From positions 33,311 to 97,310 of IMG/VR virus record IMGVR_UViG_3300047321_000445: a stretch of DNA of 64,000 nucleotides; one strand, 5' to 3'. Below the pieces are notes generated by a model, which was given only the letters and a program-made list of their open reading frames with translations, did no database searches and was not told the DNA's origin. The position numbers were made by a program, and so were the translations under genes. The DNA comes from a virus. This document shows, piece after piece, positions 26,151 to 36,306 of the stretch. Position 1 is the stretch's first letter. Each line of letters starts with the position of its first letter.

Positions 26151-26885
26151 ATGCCGTGGCTCTTGGGCCGGGGAAACAGCGAGCTGGGCGCCGAAGGCAT
26201 CTACCACTGGTCGCTGCCCGCGTGGGTGGTCGAACTCCCGTGGGGTGGCCACTTCAACGTGTGTCCGTCCGCTTCGGCGTGCGCCCCCCTCTGTTACGCC
26301 AGGAAGGGCACTTACCAGTTCTCCAACGTCAAGGCCGCCCACATGCGGAACCTGCTGCTGACCTTGCAGGACCTGCCCGAGTTCGAGCGGCAGATGACTG
26401 AAGAGGTCCAGCACCCCCGCTACCAGGGCGGATACGTCCGCATTCACGACAGTGGGGACTTCCATAGCCAGGACTACCTGGAGGCGTGGCTGCGGATCAT
26501 CCGCTCCGCTAAGGGCGTTCGTTTTTACTGCTATACGAAGGAAGTCGCCCTCTTTCAGGACGTGGTGGAACCCGACCCGCCCGCCAACTTCGGCTGGGTC
26601 TACAGCCTCGGCGGCAAGCAGGACCAGGCCATCGACCTGGCCACCATGCGGCACGCCGACGTGTTCCCCAGCGAGGAAGCGATCGCCTACCACGGCTACG
26701 CCTCGCAAGACGCCTCCGACCTCCTCGCCGTCTACGGCGAAGACCTGCGGGTCGGCATCCCGGCGAACAACATCCCCCAACTGCGCCGCGAGCAAGGCAT
26801 GCAGTCCTTCGGCTCGCTCCAGCGCATCCGCGACAACCAGGCACAGGCCAAGTCCGGCCGGCGCCGCCCTTCCGACCCTGAGTGA
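26151..26885 (+). CDS. Gp88-family protein
   Basis: CPSASACAPLCYA, VRIHDSGDF, FYCYTK; GGGAGG RBS. Confidence 0.85.
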   Translation: MPWLLGRGNSELGAEGIYHWSLPAWVVELPWGGHFNVCPSASACAPLCYARKGTYQFSNVKAAHMRNLLLTLQDLPEFERQMTEEVQHPRYQGGYVRIHDSGDFHSQDYLEAWLRIIRSAKGVRFYCYTKEVALFQDVVEPDPPANFGWVYSLGGKQDQAIDLATMRHADVFPSEEAIAYHGYASQDASDLLAVYGEDLRVGIPANNIPQLRREQGMQSFGSLQRIRDNQAQAKSGRRRPSDPE

Positions 26886-26897
26886 TGAGGACCCCTC

Positions 26898-27701
26898 ATG
26901 CCTGCTGGCTACCTCGAAACCCGCGACGTCCCGATCGCCGACCTCACCCCCTACCCGGGCAACGCGAAGCGGGGCGACGTCGAGGCGATTCGCCGGTCCC
27001 TGACCCGTAACGGCCAGTACCGGTCCCTGATCGTGAGGCAGACCAGCGACGGCGCGCTGATCGTGCTCGCCGGAAACCACACGATGCAGGCCCTCGCCGC
27101 CAACGGCGAACAGACGGCGCGCTGCGAGGTCATCAGCTGCGACGACGCCGAGGCCAAGCGGATCAACCTCGCGGACAACCGGCTGTCGGAGCTGGGCACG
27201 TGGGATGACGGCGCGCTCACCGCGCTGCTGAAGGACGTGCAGGACGACCTGGAAGGCACCGGGTACGGGGCCGACGACCTGGACGAGCTGCTGCAAGCCA
27301 CGGGCGAACTCGCGGCCGGTGCGACGGAGTTCCTGACGGACTTCCTCACCCCGCCCCCGGCTGTGCCCGCCCCCGCGGCCCCGGTCCCTTCGGTCCCTTC
27401 GGCTCCGGGTACTCCCGGCCAGGAGGCGCCGGCTGCGGACACGGCGTCGGACGACACGGGCACCGTCCCGCCCCCGGCCCCGATCACCCCGGCGCAGCCG
27501 TACGAGCCGCCCCCGGCCGTGCCCGCGCCGACCGGGCCACTGGTGACGCCTATCCAGTGGATCGTCACCGTCGAGCAGCGCGACATCATCCGGGCCGCCC
27601 TCAAGCACGCCCAGGAGACGAACGGCCTGGACAACTCCTCCGCCGCCCTCACCGCCGTGTGCGCGGCCTACCTCGAAACCCAGGAGAGCAACCCCTCATG
27701 A
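26898..27701 (+). CDS. ParB/Srx N-terminal domain protein
   Basis: LTPYPGNAK, VLAGNHT, LADNRLSELGTWD. Confidence 0.85.
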   Translation: MPAGYLETRDVPIADLTPYPGNAKRGDVEAIRRSLTRNGQYRSLIVRQTSDGALIVLAGNHTMQALAANGEQTARCEVISCDDAEAKRINLADNRLSELGTWDDGALTALLKDVQDDLEGTGYGADDLDELLQATGELAAGATEFLTDFLTPPPAVPAPAAPVPSVPSAPGTPGQEAPAADTASDDTGTVPPPAPITPAQPYEPPPAVPAPTGPLVTPIQWIVTVEQRDIIRAALKHAQETNGLDNSSAALTAVCAAYLETQESNPS

Positions 27702-28195
27702 GCGAAACCCACGCCTACGGCCACAACCCCATCGACTATGGCCACGACGGTCCCAGCCTGAACATCGTTAACCTGGTCGACGCCATGGAGGCCATCAAGG
27801 TGGACGGTGTCCCCGTCCACGGCGCGGACGCGACCGGGCTGCCGCTGCACTCGAACGGCCACCTGGGTGTCGACATGCTGTCCGTGCCGCCGAACGCGCA
27901 GTTCCCGATCCATACCCACCCGGGCGACCACCTGCTGCTGTGCCTGGAAGGCGAGGGCACCATCACCATCGGCGACGTCACCTACGAGGTGGAGCCGGGC
28001 GACATCTACATGGTGCCCGGCGAGATCCCGCACGCCGTCGGCGCCGGGGGCGCCGGGCACGTCCTGATCGCGACCGGCTCGCCGCACAAGCCCGTCGACT
28101 CCCCGGAACGGATGACGTACACGGACTGGGCGGGCAACCCGACCGGTCGGCCCCTGTTCGTCGACATCGAGGCCGAGCCCGGGTCGGAGTCGTGA
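27698..28195 (+). CDS. Cupin-domain protein
   Basis: PIHTHPGDH...EG...PGDIYMVPGEIPH. Confidence 0.9.
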   Translation: MSETHAYGHNPIDYGHDGPSLNIVNLVDAMEAIKVDGVPVHGADATGLPLHSNGHLGVDMLSVPPNAQFPIHTHPGDHLLLCLEGEGTITIGDVTYEVEPGDIYMVPGEIPHAVGAGGAGHVLIATGSPHKPVDSPERMTYTDWAGNPTGRPLFVDIEAEPGSES

Positions 28196-28977
28196 ACCAG
28201 CGCAAGCAGACACTGCGCGAACAGGACGACTGGGGCAAGCTGCGGGCCCGCGCCCGCGCCGAGTGGCCGGACGACAAGCTCGACAACCTGATCGACCGCA
28301 CGGTGGAGCAGATCAAGGACAGCGTCGGCGGCCGCCGTGCCGCGTACGCCTGGTCCGGTGGCAAGGACTCCATCGCCCTCGGCCACGTCGCCGAGCTCGC
28401 CGGGATCCACGACTGCGTCCTTGGCATCTCGAACCTCGAGTTCCCGGCGTTCCTTCAGTGGGTCACCGACCACATGCCGGACGGGCTGACCGTGGTCAAC
28501 ACCAGCCAGGATCTGCGCTGGCTGGCGAAGAACCCGAACATGCTGTTCCCGCAAGGCGCGTGGGGCCCGAAGTGGTTCACGGCCATCAACCACCGGTCGC
28601 AGGCCCGCTACTACCGGGACGAGAAGCTGGACGTGCTGCTGCTCGGACGGCGCCACTCGGACGGCAACTACACCGGCCCGGCTGGCGCGACCGAGTACAC
28701 CAACGCTCAGGGCATCACCCGCTCCTCGCCGATCGCGCACTGGTCCCACACGGCCGTGTTCGCGCTGATCGACCGGGAGAACCTGCCGATGCCGCCTTGC
28801 TACGACTGGCCGCGCGGCTACCAGGTCGGCACCGGCTCGTGGCCGGCCCGCCAGTGGACCAACAGCATCGACCACGGCTTCGAGGAAGTGTGGGCGATCG
28901 ATCCGGACGTGGTCCGTCAGGCCGCGCCCGTGCTGCCGCAGGCTGCGGACTGGATGGCACGCACCGGCCACGCCTGA
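28192..28977 (+). CDS. PAPS-reductase-family (PP-loop) protein 1
   Basis: AWSGGKDS, LLGRRHSDG, SPIAHW; GTGA overlap. Confidence 0.85.
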   Translation: MNQRKQTLREQDDWGKLRARARAEWPDDKLDNLIDRTVEQIKDSVGGRRAAYAWSGGKDSIALGHVAELAGIHDCVLGISNLEFPAFLQWVTDHMPDGLTVVNTSQDLRWLAKNPNMLFPQGAWGPKWFTAINHRSQARYYRDEKLDVLLLGRRHSDGNYTGPAGATEYTNAQGITRSSPIAHWSHTAVFALIDRENLPMPPCYDWPRGYQVGTGSWPARQWTNSIDHGFEEVWAIDPDVVRQAAPVLPQAADWMARTGHA

Positions 28978-28994
28978 GAAGGGAGCAACAACCC

Positions 28995-29591
28995 GTGTGC
29001 GGGATTTTCGCCTACACCGGGGACGGCGCTCCTGACCGCGAGTTGCTGACCGCCATCACCCGCGCCGCCGCCACCCGAGGGCCGCATGCCCACGGCTGGA
29101 CGGCCGGCGACCAGACACACCGGGCGCTCGGTCCGATGGACGCGGCCGCGGCCGCCCTCGCGTGCCAGGACGCCAGCCGGTGTCTGGGGCACGCGAGGCT
29201 GGCCACCTTCGGCCGGTACGACGACGAGGACGCCATCCAGCCCATCACCGTGAACGGCCACCATGTGGCGTTCAACGGCAACATCTACAACCCGGGCGAC
29301 GTCTACCCGGGCGAGTGGCCTGCCGACACGCACCACCTGGCGCACGCCTACGCCCGCCATCGGGCCGAGCACCCGCCCGGAGCAGCCCTCTCCCTGGCCT
29401 TGCGCCAGGCCGACATGGACGCGGGTGCCGTGGTGGTCCTCGACTCCTCCGGAACCCTCGTCTACTTCCGGCACCGGCTGCCGCTGTTCACCTACCGCAC
29501 CGGCAGCGGCTTCTACCTGGCATCCCGGCGCTTCCACCCCGACGCCGAAGCGGTGCCCGAAAACACTTACGTCCGCGAGGAGCCGCAGTGA
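28995..29591 (+). CDS. Class II (Ntn) glutamine amidotransferase, stand-alone
   Basis: N-terminal (M)CGIF, RGPH, LGHARLA, QP, FNGNIYN. Confidence 0.9.
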   Translation: MCGIFAYTGDGAPDRELLTAITRAAATRGPHAHGWTAGDQTHRALGPMDAAAAALACQDASRCLGHARLATFGRYDDEDAIQPITVNGHHVAFNGNIYNPGDVYPGEWPADTHHLAHAYARHRAEHPPGAALSLALRQADMDAGAVVVLDSSGTLVYFRHRLPLFTYRTGSGFYLASRRFHPDAEAVPENTYVREEPQ

Positions 29592-30910
29592 GACAGTCGT
29601 CCGCGCCGTATGTCCACAAGAAAGTGACCCTCGACCGGGTGGACGTGGCCACCGACGTCTACACCCTCGCCTGCGAGCGCATGGCGTACGTGATGGACAA
29701 CTTCGACCGGGTACAGGTGCTGTTCTCGGGCGGCAAGGACTCGACTGCCGTCCTGAACGTCGCTCTCGCGGTCGCCCACTCCGATCCGCGGTTCGCCCGG
29801 CACCTGCCGCTGCGGGTGATCTTCTGGGACGAGGAGGCCATCCCGCAGGAGACCGCCGACTACGTGGCCCGCGTCGCAGCCCGCGACGACGTGGCGATGG
29901 AGTGGCTGTGCCTGCCGGTCCAGCACCGCAACGCGTGCTCTCGCGAACACCCGTACTGGTGGCCGTGGGCCCCGGAGGACGAAGCGAAGTGGTGCCGTCC
30001 GCTCCCGGAGCAGGCCATCACCCACGTGGACGGCTTCGAGACGTGGCCGCCCGAGAAGCGCATGTCCATCCCGGACATGTCGGGGCTGATGGCCCCGGCG
30101 CCGTACACCACGGCCGCCCTGATGGGCATCCGTGCGCAGGAGTCCCTGATCCGTACCCGGGCGGTCACCCGCCGCGCGGTCGACAACTACATCGTCTACC
30201 ACTCCGGGTCAAAGACGAACCAGGGCAACCTGTACAAGGCGTACCCGGTCTACGACTGGCGCACCGAGGACGTGTGGGCTGCGACCCGCAAGTTCGGCTG
30301 GGACTACAACAAGGCGTACGACCTGCTGGAGATGGCGGGTGTCGGCCCGAGTCTCCAGCGCTGTTCGCCCGCGTTCGGCGAGGAACCCCTCCAGAAGATC
30401 CACACGTACGCGCAGTGCTTCCCCGAGGTGTGGGGAAAGATGGCCGAACGCGTCCCCGGCATCGGCGCCGCCCAGCGCTACGCGCTCACCGAGCTGTACG
30501 CCTACCGGGACCGGCCCGACAAGCCCGCAGGCATGCCCTGGCCGGACTTCGTGACGCACTACGTGGCCAAGTTCCGGCCGGAAGACCAGCGGATGATCGC
30601 CGCTCGCCTCCGTGAGGAGATGACGAGCCACTACAAGAAGACCCGCGACCCGATCGTCTACAAGATGCCGCACCCGAACACGGGCATCTGCTGGCACTTC
30701 CTCCTGACCCTCGCGATGCGCGGCGACTTCAAGAAGCGCAAGCAGGCCGGGGCCCGCCTGAACAAGCCGGCCGCCCAGCTGTGGGCCGCCTACATCGCCG
30801 AGGTCGCCGAGATCGGCCAGGCCGGAACAGAGGCCGAGTACGCCCACCCGTTCGCCTGGCCCGCCGACCCGATCGCTCTCGTGCCCGAGAACGTCGACCT
30901 GATCCACTGA
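29588..30910 (+). CDS. PAPS-reductase-family protein 2 (IbrA/YbdN-like)
   Basis: FSGGKDS, FWDEEA, GIRAQES, YPVYDW. Confidence 0.9.
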   Translation: MRQSSAPYVHKKVTLDRVDVATDVYTLACERMAYVMDNFDRVQVLFSGGKDSTAVLNVALAVAHSDPRFARHLPLRVIFWDEEAIPQETADYVARVAARDDVAMEWLCLPVQHRNACSREHPYWWPWAPEDEAKWCRPLPEQAITHVDGFETWPPEKRMSIPDMSGLMAPAPYTTAALMGIRAQESLIRTRAVTRRAVDNYIVYHSGSKTNQGNLYKAYPVYDWRTEDVWAATRKFGWDYNKAYDLLEMAGVGPSLQRCSPAFGEEPLQKIHTYAQCFPEVWGKMAERVPGIGAAQRYALTELYAYRDRPDKPAGMPWPDFVTHYVAKFRPEDQRMIAARLREEMTSHYKKTRDPIVYKMPHPNTGICWHFLLTLAMRGDFKKRKQAGARLNKPAAQLWAAYIAEVAEIGQAGTEAEYAHPFAWPADPIALVPENVDLIH

Positions 30911-30942
30911 CCCGCCCTCACCAGAAACCCGGTGATCCCCTC

Positions 30943-31491
30943 ATGACCGACCCCACCCCGACGGTCCCGGCCACTCCGGTCGGCGCCGACGCGCAGCCCC
31001 TCGCGAACATTCAGTGGATGCCGCGCGAGGCGCTGTCCGCGAACGACTGGAACCCGAACGTCCAGGCGCCGCCCGAGCACCGGCTGTTGGCCACCAGCAT
31101 CCTGGAGAACGGCTGGACGCAGCCGATCGTCGCCCGCGAGCAGAACGACGGCACATACGAGATCGTGGACGGCTTCCACCGCTGGACCGTCGCTGGCCGG
31201 CCTGCGGTCGCCGCCCTCACCGACGGGCTCGTGCCCGTGGTGGTGTTGCCGCCGACCGACCCGGCGACGGCGCGCATGGCGACCGTCCGCCACAACCGGG
31301 CACGCGGCACCCACCACGTCCTCGGCATGGCCGGGATCGTGGACGACCTGCTGAAGCTGAACATCTCGCCGGCCGAGATCAGCCGCCGTCTGGAGATGGA
31401 CCCCGAGGAAGTTGACCGGCTCGCCGACCGGGGCAACATGCTCAAGCGGCACGCCCCGGACGGCTTCAACAAGGGATGGACCGTCGCATGA
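30943..31491 (+). CDS. ParB/Srx protein (IbrB/YbdM-like)
   Basis: ANDWNPN, GWTQPIV, IVDGFHR, ATVRHNRARG. Confidence 0.9.
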   Translation: MTDPTPTVPATPVGADAQPLANIQWMPREALSANDWNPNVQAPPEHRLLATSILENGWTQPIVAREQNDGTYEIVDGFHRWTVAGRPAVAALTDGLVPVVVLPPTDPATARMATVRHNRARGTHHVLGMAGIVDDLLKLNISPAEISRRLEMDPEEVDRLADRGNMLKRHAPDGFNKGWTVA

Positions 31492-32960
31492 CCGCCGCCG
31501 TGGACTACGACCGCCTGTACATCAACGGGCAGTGGCAGAAGCCGCTGGGGCGGGACCGGATCACCGTCATCAGCCCGGTCACGGAGGCCACGGTCGGCTC
31601 GTGCCCGGCCGGCTCGCCCGCCGACATCGACGCCGCGGTGACGGCCGCGCGCGAGGCGTTCGACTACGGGCCCTGGCCGCGCATGACCCGGGGAGAGCGG
31701 GCCGAAGCGCTCCAGCGCATGGCGTGGCTGTACGCCGACGGCGCGGCCGAGGCTGCCGAGCTGATCACGCTGGAGATGGGCTCGCCGGCCGCGTTCACCG
31801 CCCAGACCCAGCACCCGCGCGACATCTTCGAGTACTACCTCAGCTTGGTCTCCTCCGGGCGGGACCTGTTCGCCGAGCAGCGGGACGGGCACATCGTCAC
31901 CCGCGAACCGGTCGGCGTCTGTGCGCTGATCACGCCGTGGAACATGCCCCACAAGACGATCCTGATGAAGGCGATACCCGCGCTGTTGGCCGGGTGCACG
32001 CTCGTCATCAAGGCGGCCGTCTGGTCCCCGCTGTCGGCTCTGTGGCTCGCCGAGATCGCCGACGCCGCAGGCCTGCCAGCCGGTGTGTTCAACGTGGTTC
32101 CCGCCCGGCCGGACGCCGCCGAGCACCTGGTCGCCCACCCCGGTATCGACAAGATCGCATTCACCGGGTCGACGGCCACCGGTACTCGTATCGCGCAGCT
32201 CGCCGCACGGAACCTGACCCGGGTGTCGCTGGAGCTCGGGGGCAAGTCCGCGATGGTCATCCTCGACGACGCCGACGTGGACGCCGCCCTGCGCAGCGTG
32301 CTGGACAACAGCCTCGCGTGCTCCGGGCAGATCTGCTCGAACCAGACCCGGATCCTGGTCGCCCGCCCGCTGTACGACCAGGTGTGCAGCGCGCTTCAGG
32401 ACATGCTGGCGCTCGACCTGGCCGTGGGGGACCCGGCCGACCCGATGACACAGATCGGGCCGCTGGTGTCCCGCAAGCAGCTCGATCGGGCGCGCGCCGC
32501 GATCCACGCGCACGACACCCCGCCCCGCACGGGCGGCTACCGCCTGAACCGGGCCGGATGGTTCCTCAAGCCGACGCTGTTCACCGACGTCGACCCGGAC
32601 TCCGACCTGTTCAAGACGGAGGTGTTCGCCCCGGTCCTGGCGGTCACACCGTTCTCCAGCGACATGCAGGCCGTGCACCTGGCGAACGCCACCCCGTACG
32701 GGCTGGACGGGTCGGTGTGGTCCGCAAGCGGGGATCGGGCACACACGGTCGCGTCCGGGATCCGCACCGGCATGGTCCACATCAACGGCGCCCCGCACCC
32801 CATCTCGGCGCCGATCGGCGGCTTCAAGGCCTCCGGGATCGGCCGCGAACTCGGCCCGGAAGGGCTGCACGCGTTCACCGAGGTGAAGGCCACCATCACC
32901 GGCCGCGCGGCCGCGCCTGTCCCTGCGGGCATGCACCGCGGCGAGACCGGCGCCTGGTAG
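31488..32960 (+). CDS. Aldehyde dehydrogenase
   Basis: ITPWN, FTGS, LELGGKS, GQIC, EVFAPV. Confidence 0.95.
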   Translation: MTAAVDYDRLYINGQWQKPLGRDRITVISPVTEATVGSCPAGSPADIDAAVTAAREAFDYGPWPRMTRGERAEALQRMAWLYADGAAEAAELITLEMGSPAAFTAQTQHPRDIFEYYLSLVSSGRDLFAEQRDGHIVTREPVGVCALITPWNMPHKTILMKAIPALLAGCTLVIKAAVWSPLSALWLAEIADAAGLPAGVFNVVPARPDAAEHLVAHPGIDKIAFTGSTATGTRIAQLAARNLTRVSLELGGKSAMVILDDADVDAALRSVLDNSLACSGQICSNQTRILVARPLYDQVCSALQDMLALDLAVGDPADPMTQIGPLVSRKQLDRARAAIHAHDTPPRTGGYRLNRAGWFLKPTLFTDVDPDSDLFKTEVFAPVLAVTPFSSDMQAVHLANATPYGLDGSVWSASGDRAHTVASGIRTGMVHINGAPHPISAPIGGFKASGIGRELGPEGLHAFTEVKATITGRAAAPVPAGMHRGETGAW

Positions 32961-32971
32961 AGAACGGGGGG

Positions 32972-33011
32972 AAGGGCGGGCACCCCTCGGGGGAGGGTGC
33001 CCGCCCCTTTT
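32972..33011 (+). terminator. Terminator
   Basis: GGGCGGGCACCC...GGGTGCCCGCCCCTTTT. Confidence 0.75.
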
Positions 33012-33015
33012 CACT

Positions 33016-33426
33016 ATGGCCAATGACCTGAGCGTGGGCGGCGACATGCTCGCCCACCAGAACCTGCTTCCACCCGAGCCCGAGGCCCCCGAAACGGTCG
33101 CCGACTATGCCGCCCTCGCGGACCGGCTGGCCGCCCGCTACCAGCACGCCATGCGCACGTACGACATGCCGGTGCTCATCGAGACGAGCGCCAACCATGC
33201 GGCCTGGCTGGTGTCGTGGGAGCCCGGACAGCGCAGGGACGCCGAGACCCGCCGCGTGTGCCGACTGGTCGCCGTCCTCGACGGCACCCTCACCGAACGC
33301 ACCCCGACCGGTGTCCGGCCCGTGCACCAGCACACCCAACGTTTCCACCCTCCCGGCTGCTGGCCCGAGCTCGTCAACGACACCACCCGCCCGGCCACAG
33401 CCGTACTCATCTACTTCCGGTCCTGA
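33016..33426 (+). CDS. Degenerate cysteine-dioxygenase-like cupin
   Basis: WLVSWEPGQ, VLDGTLTE, LVN..PATAVLIY; His metal ligands are missing. Confidence 0.5.
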   Translation: MANDLSVGGDMLAHQNLLPPEPEAPETVADYAALADRLAARYQHAMRTYDMPVLIETSANHAAWLVSWEPGQRRDAETRRVCRLVAVLDGTLTERTPTGVRPVHQHTQRFHPPGCWPELVNDTTRPATAVLIYFRS

Positions 33427-33453
33427 CCCCTCGCACCCTCACGGGAGGCAGCC

Positions 33454-33792
33454 GTGGACGACACCACACCCCTCAGCGACGAAGACCGTGCGAAGGCCAC
33501 GCAGGCCCTGAACCTGCGCCTGGCTGGCGTGGACTGGCACACCATCGCCACCCGCCTCGACTACGCCGACGCGGCCGACGCCCTCGAAGCCGCCACCGAA
33601 GTCGCCGACAGCCAGTACGACGGGCTGCCGATGGACCCGCTCCGCGTGCTGGAGATCCTGCGGTACGACCGGCTTCAGGCGGCTGTATGGCCGTCCGCGA
33701 TGAAGGGCGACCTGGCCGCAGTGGACCGGGCCCTGACGATCGGTGACCGCCGTACGCGCATGCTGCGCCTGAACCAGCGGAGCCGGGATTGA
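33454..33792 (+). CDS. Terminase small subunit-like HTH protein
   Basis: ALNLRLAGVDWHTIATRLDY...RYDRLQAAVW..GDLAAVDRAL. Confidence 0.7.
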   Translation: MDDTTPLSDEDRAKATQALNLRLAGVDWHTIATRLDYADAADALEAATEVADSQYDGLPMDPLRVLEILRYDRLQAAVWPSAMKGDLAAVDRALTIGDRRTRMLRLNQRSRD

Positions 33793-34379
33793 GCAGCCTG
33801 CGCCCCGAACGCGCCGACGGCGACAAGCCCAAGTGCGGCGCACAGAAACGCCAAGGCGCGCCCGGCGAGCTGTGCAGCTTCGTCGCCGGATGGGGAACCG
33901 ATCACGTCGGCACCGGACGGTGCCGGCTGCATGGCGGGAACACCCGCAACCAGCGGGCCGCGGCGAGGACGCAGCTTGCAGAGCAGCAGGCCCGCGCCGT
34001 GCTCGCCACGCTGGAAGTGACCCCGATCGACAACCCGTTCACCGCCCTCGCACGGCTGGCCGGGCAGGCCGTCGCCTGGCAGGACACCATCGCCGGAATC
34101 GTCAACGAGCTCGGCGACCGGATCCGCTACGAAGGCGCGGGCGGCAACGAGCAGCTGCGCGCCGAGATCCAGCTGTACGAGCGCGCGATGGACCGCTGCG
34201 CGCAAGTCCTCGGCACGATCGCCCGCCTGAACATCGAGGACCGCATGGCCCGCGTGTCGGAGAGGCAAGCCGAGATCGTCGTGACCGCGATCGAGGCCGC
34301 CCTCTCGTCCGCTGGCATCACCGGACGGGAGGCCGACGAGGCCCGCAAGGTCGCCGCCCGCCATCTGAGAGCCGTCTGA
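33789..34379 (+). CDS. HGGxSTG-like motif protein, second terminase-small-subunit candidate
   Basis: CGA...GTGRCRLHGG; directly upstream of terL. Confidence 0.65.
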   Translation: MSSLRPERADGDKPKCGAQKRQGAPGELCSFVAGWGTDHVGTGRCRLHGGNTRNQRAAARTQLAEQQARAVLATLEVTPIDNPFTALARLAGQAVAWQDTIAGIVNELGDRIRYEGAGGNEQLRAEIQLYERAMDRCAQVLGTIARLNIEDRMARVSERQAEIVVTAIEAALSSAGITGREADEARKVAARHLRAV

Positions 34380-34422
34380 CCTCCCTGTACGGCCGCCTGT
34401 ACCCCTCGCAGGAGGCGTTCCC

Positions 34423-35922
34423 ATGCTCGCTATCGCTGACCCGCTCGCCATGGCTGCTGACCGGCTGGAGGGCCGTTCTGAGGCTGGCGACCGGTACCCC
34501 ACCCCGCACGATCTGGCCCGCGAACTGGACCCGAAGATCGTGCGCACGCCCGCGCTTGAGCTGCTCGACGAAGTCCTCATCGACTGCGCCGAGGGCCGCA
34601 CGAACCGGCTGATCTTCTCCATGCCCCCGCAGGAGGGCAAGTCGCAGCGCGTCAGCCGCACCTTCCCGGCGTGGCTGCTGTCCCGCGACCCCGACCTGCG
34701 TATCGCCATCGCCTCCTACGAGGCGAACACGGCGCGCCGCTGGGGCCGCGCGGTCCGCAACGACATCAAGGGAAACCCGGACAAGTTCGCGCTGCGGATC
34801 CGCCGAGACACCTCCTCCGCCATTGAGTGGCAGGTCGAGGACCACCAGGGCGGCGTGTACAGCGTCGGTATCGGGGGTGCCCTCACCGGCCGCCCGGTCG
34901 ACGTGTTGATCATTGACGACCCGGTCAAGGGCCGTGCACAGGCCGAATCGGAGACGTTCCGGCAGGCCGCATGGGACTTCTGGACCGACACGGCCCGCAC
35001 GCGTTTCGGTCCCAACACCGTCGTTGTCGTGGTCCTCACCCGCTGGCATGAGGACGACCTCGCCGGGCGGCTCCTCGCGCAGGACGTCCGCAAAGAGTGG
35101 CGGTACATCAACATCCCGGCCGAGGCCGACCACGACCCCTACAAGGGGGAGACGGATCCGCTCGGCCGCGAGCCGGGCGAGTTCCTGTTGTCCGCCCGTG
35201 GCCGCACCGCCAAGGACTGGCAGGACACCAGGGACGACGTCGGCTCGCGTACCTGGACGTCGCTGTACCAGGGCCGGCCTGCCCCGGCCGAGGGCGGCCT
35301 GTTCAAACGAGGGGACTGGCGCTGGTACGTCGCCCCGAAGGCGGTCCGCCGCCAGGACGGCACGATGTGGGTCCACGACGCGGACGAGATCATCCAGTCG
35401 TGGGACATGGCGTTCAAAGACACCAAGGGCTCGGACTATGTCGTCGGGCAGGTGTGGGCCCGGTTCGGGGCCAGCGTGTACCTGCTGGACCAGGTCCGTG
35501 ACCGGCTCGACTTCCCGGCCACGCAGCAGGCCGTCAAGGCACTGTCGGCGAAGTGGCCGCAGACGTTCGCAAAGCTCGTCGAAGACAAGGCGAACGGCCC
35601 GGCGATCATCGCCCAGCTTCAGGCGACCGTGCCCGGTCTGATCCCGATCACCCCGAAAGACTCCAAATACGCGCGCGCGTCGGCCGTGGCGCCGTTCGTC
35701 GAAGCGGGAAACGTGTGGCTGCCCGATCCGTCGTTCGCCCCGTGGATCGAAGACTTCGTCTCCGAACTCGGAGGCTTCCCGAACGGCAGCAATGACGACC
35801 AGGTCGACACCACCAGCCAGGCCCTCCAGCGGCTGCTGGCCGGACAGTTCAGCGCCGACCAGGCCATGGACTGGCTCCGCGGCTACGGCAACAACCCGAA
35901 CCCCGAGGGAAGGCAGCAGTGA
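34423..35922 (+). CDS. terL: Terminase large subunit
   Basis: MPPQEGKS, LIIDDPVK, TRWHEDD, SWDMA, EDKANG, DDQVD. Confidence 0.95.
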   Translation: MLAIADPLAMAADRLEGRSEAGDRYPTPHDLARELDPKIVRTPALELLDEVLIDCAEGRTNRLIFSMPPQEGKSQRVSRTFPAWLLSRDPDLRIAIASYEANTARRWGRAVRNDIKGNPDKFALRIRRDTSSAIEWQVEDHQGGVYSVGIGGALTGRPVDVLIIDDPVKGRAQAESETFRQAAWDFWTDTARTRFGPNTVVVVVLTRWHEDDLAGRLLAQDVRKEWRYINIPAEADHDPYKGETDPLGREPGEFLLSARGRTAKDWQDTRDDVGSRTWTSLYQGRPAPAEGGLFKRGDWRWYVAPKAVRRQDGTMWVHDADEIIQSWDMAFKDTKGSDYVVGQVWARFGASVYLLDQVRDRLDFPATQQAVKALSAKWPQTFAKLVEDKANGPAIIAQLQATVPGLIPITPKDSKYARASAVAPFVEAGNVWLPDPSFAPWIEDFVSELGGFPNGSNDDQVDTTSQALQRLLAGQFSADQAMDWLRGYGNNPNPEGRQQ

Positions 35923-36278
35923 CCACCGAGCCTGAGCCTGTCGAACAGCCCGCTTTCTGCACGCACCGGCCGCTGCCGGGCCAGCTCCTGACGGCCGGCT
36001 GTCCGGACTGCGGGCACGCGTTGATCGTGCACATCGGAGTGGAGCACTGCCCCGTGTGCGAGATGCAGCACCTCAACCAGCAGGCCCGCGCCGCCACGGT
36101 CACGTGGGATCAGGTCGTGCGGGGCGAGGTCAGCATCAACGCGTACCGGGCCGCTCGCGGACTGCCGCCCGCACCGGCCGGGATCGTCGGTCTGTCCGAC
36201 CGGGAAGTCGACGCCGCCGTGGAACGCATCCTCGTCCGTGTCGGCCGCTCCCGCTCCCTGCGCCGCCCGTACACCTGA
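35919..36278 (+). CDS. Hypothetical Zn-finger protein
   Basis: CPDCGH...HCPVC; GTGA overlap. Confidence 0.6.
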   Translation: MTTEPEPVEQPAFCTHRPLPGQLLTAGCPDCGHALIVHIGVEHCPVCEMQHLNQQARAATVTWDQVVRGEVSINAYRAARGLPPAPAGIVGLSDREVDAAVERILVRVGRSRSLRRPYT

Positions 36279-36306
36279 CCCCCCCTTACGCAGGAATGGA
36301 GGCGCC

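Noticed and set aside
28192-30910. Auxiliary sulfate assimilation (cysH) or a canonical dnd operon
   Set aside because: No C-terminal ECGLH motif, no other cys genes, and no recognisable dndA/D/E or ssp genes
26898-31491. ParABS partition system
   Set aside because: The ParB-like proteins sit in an enzyme cluster and no ParA ATPase is in the window
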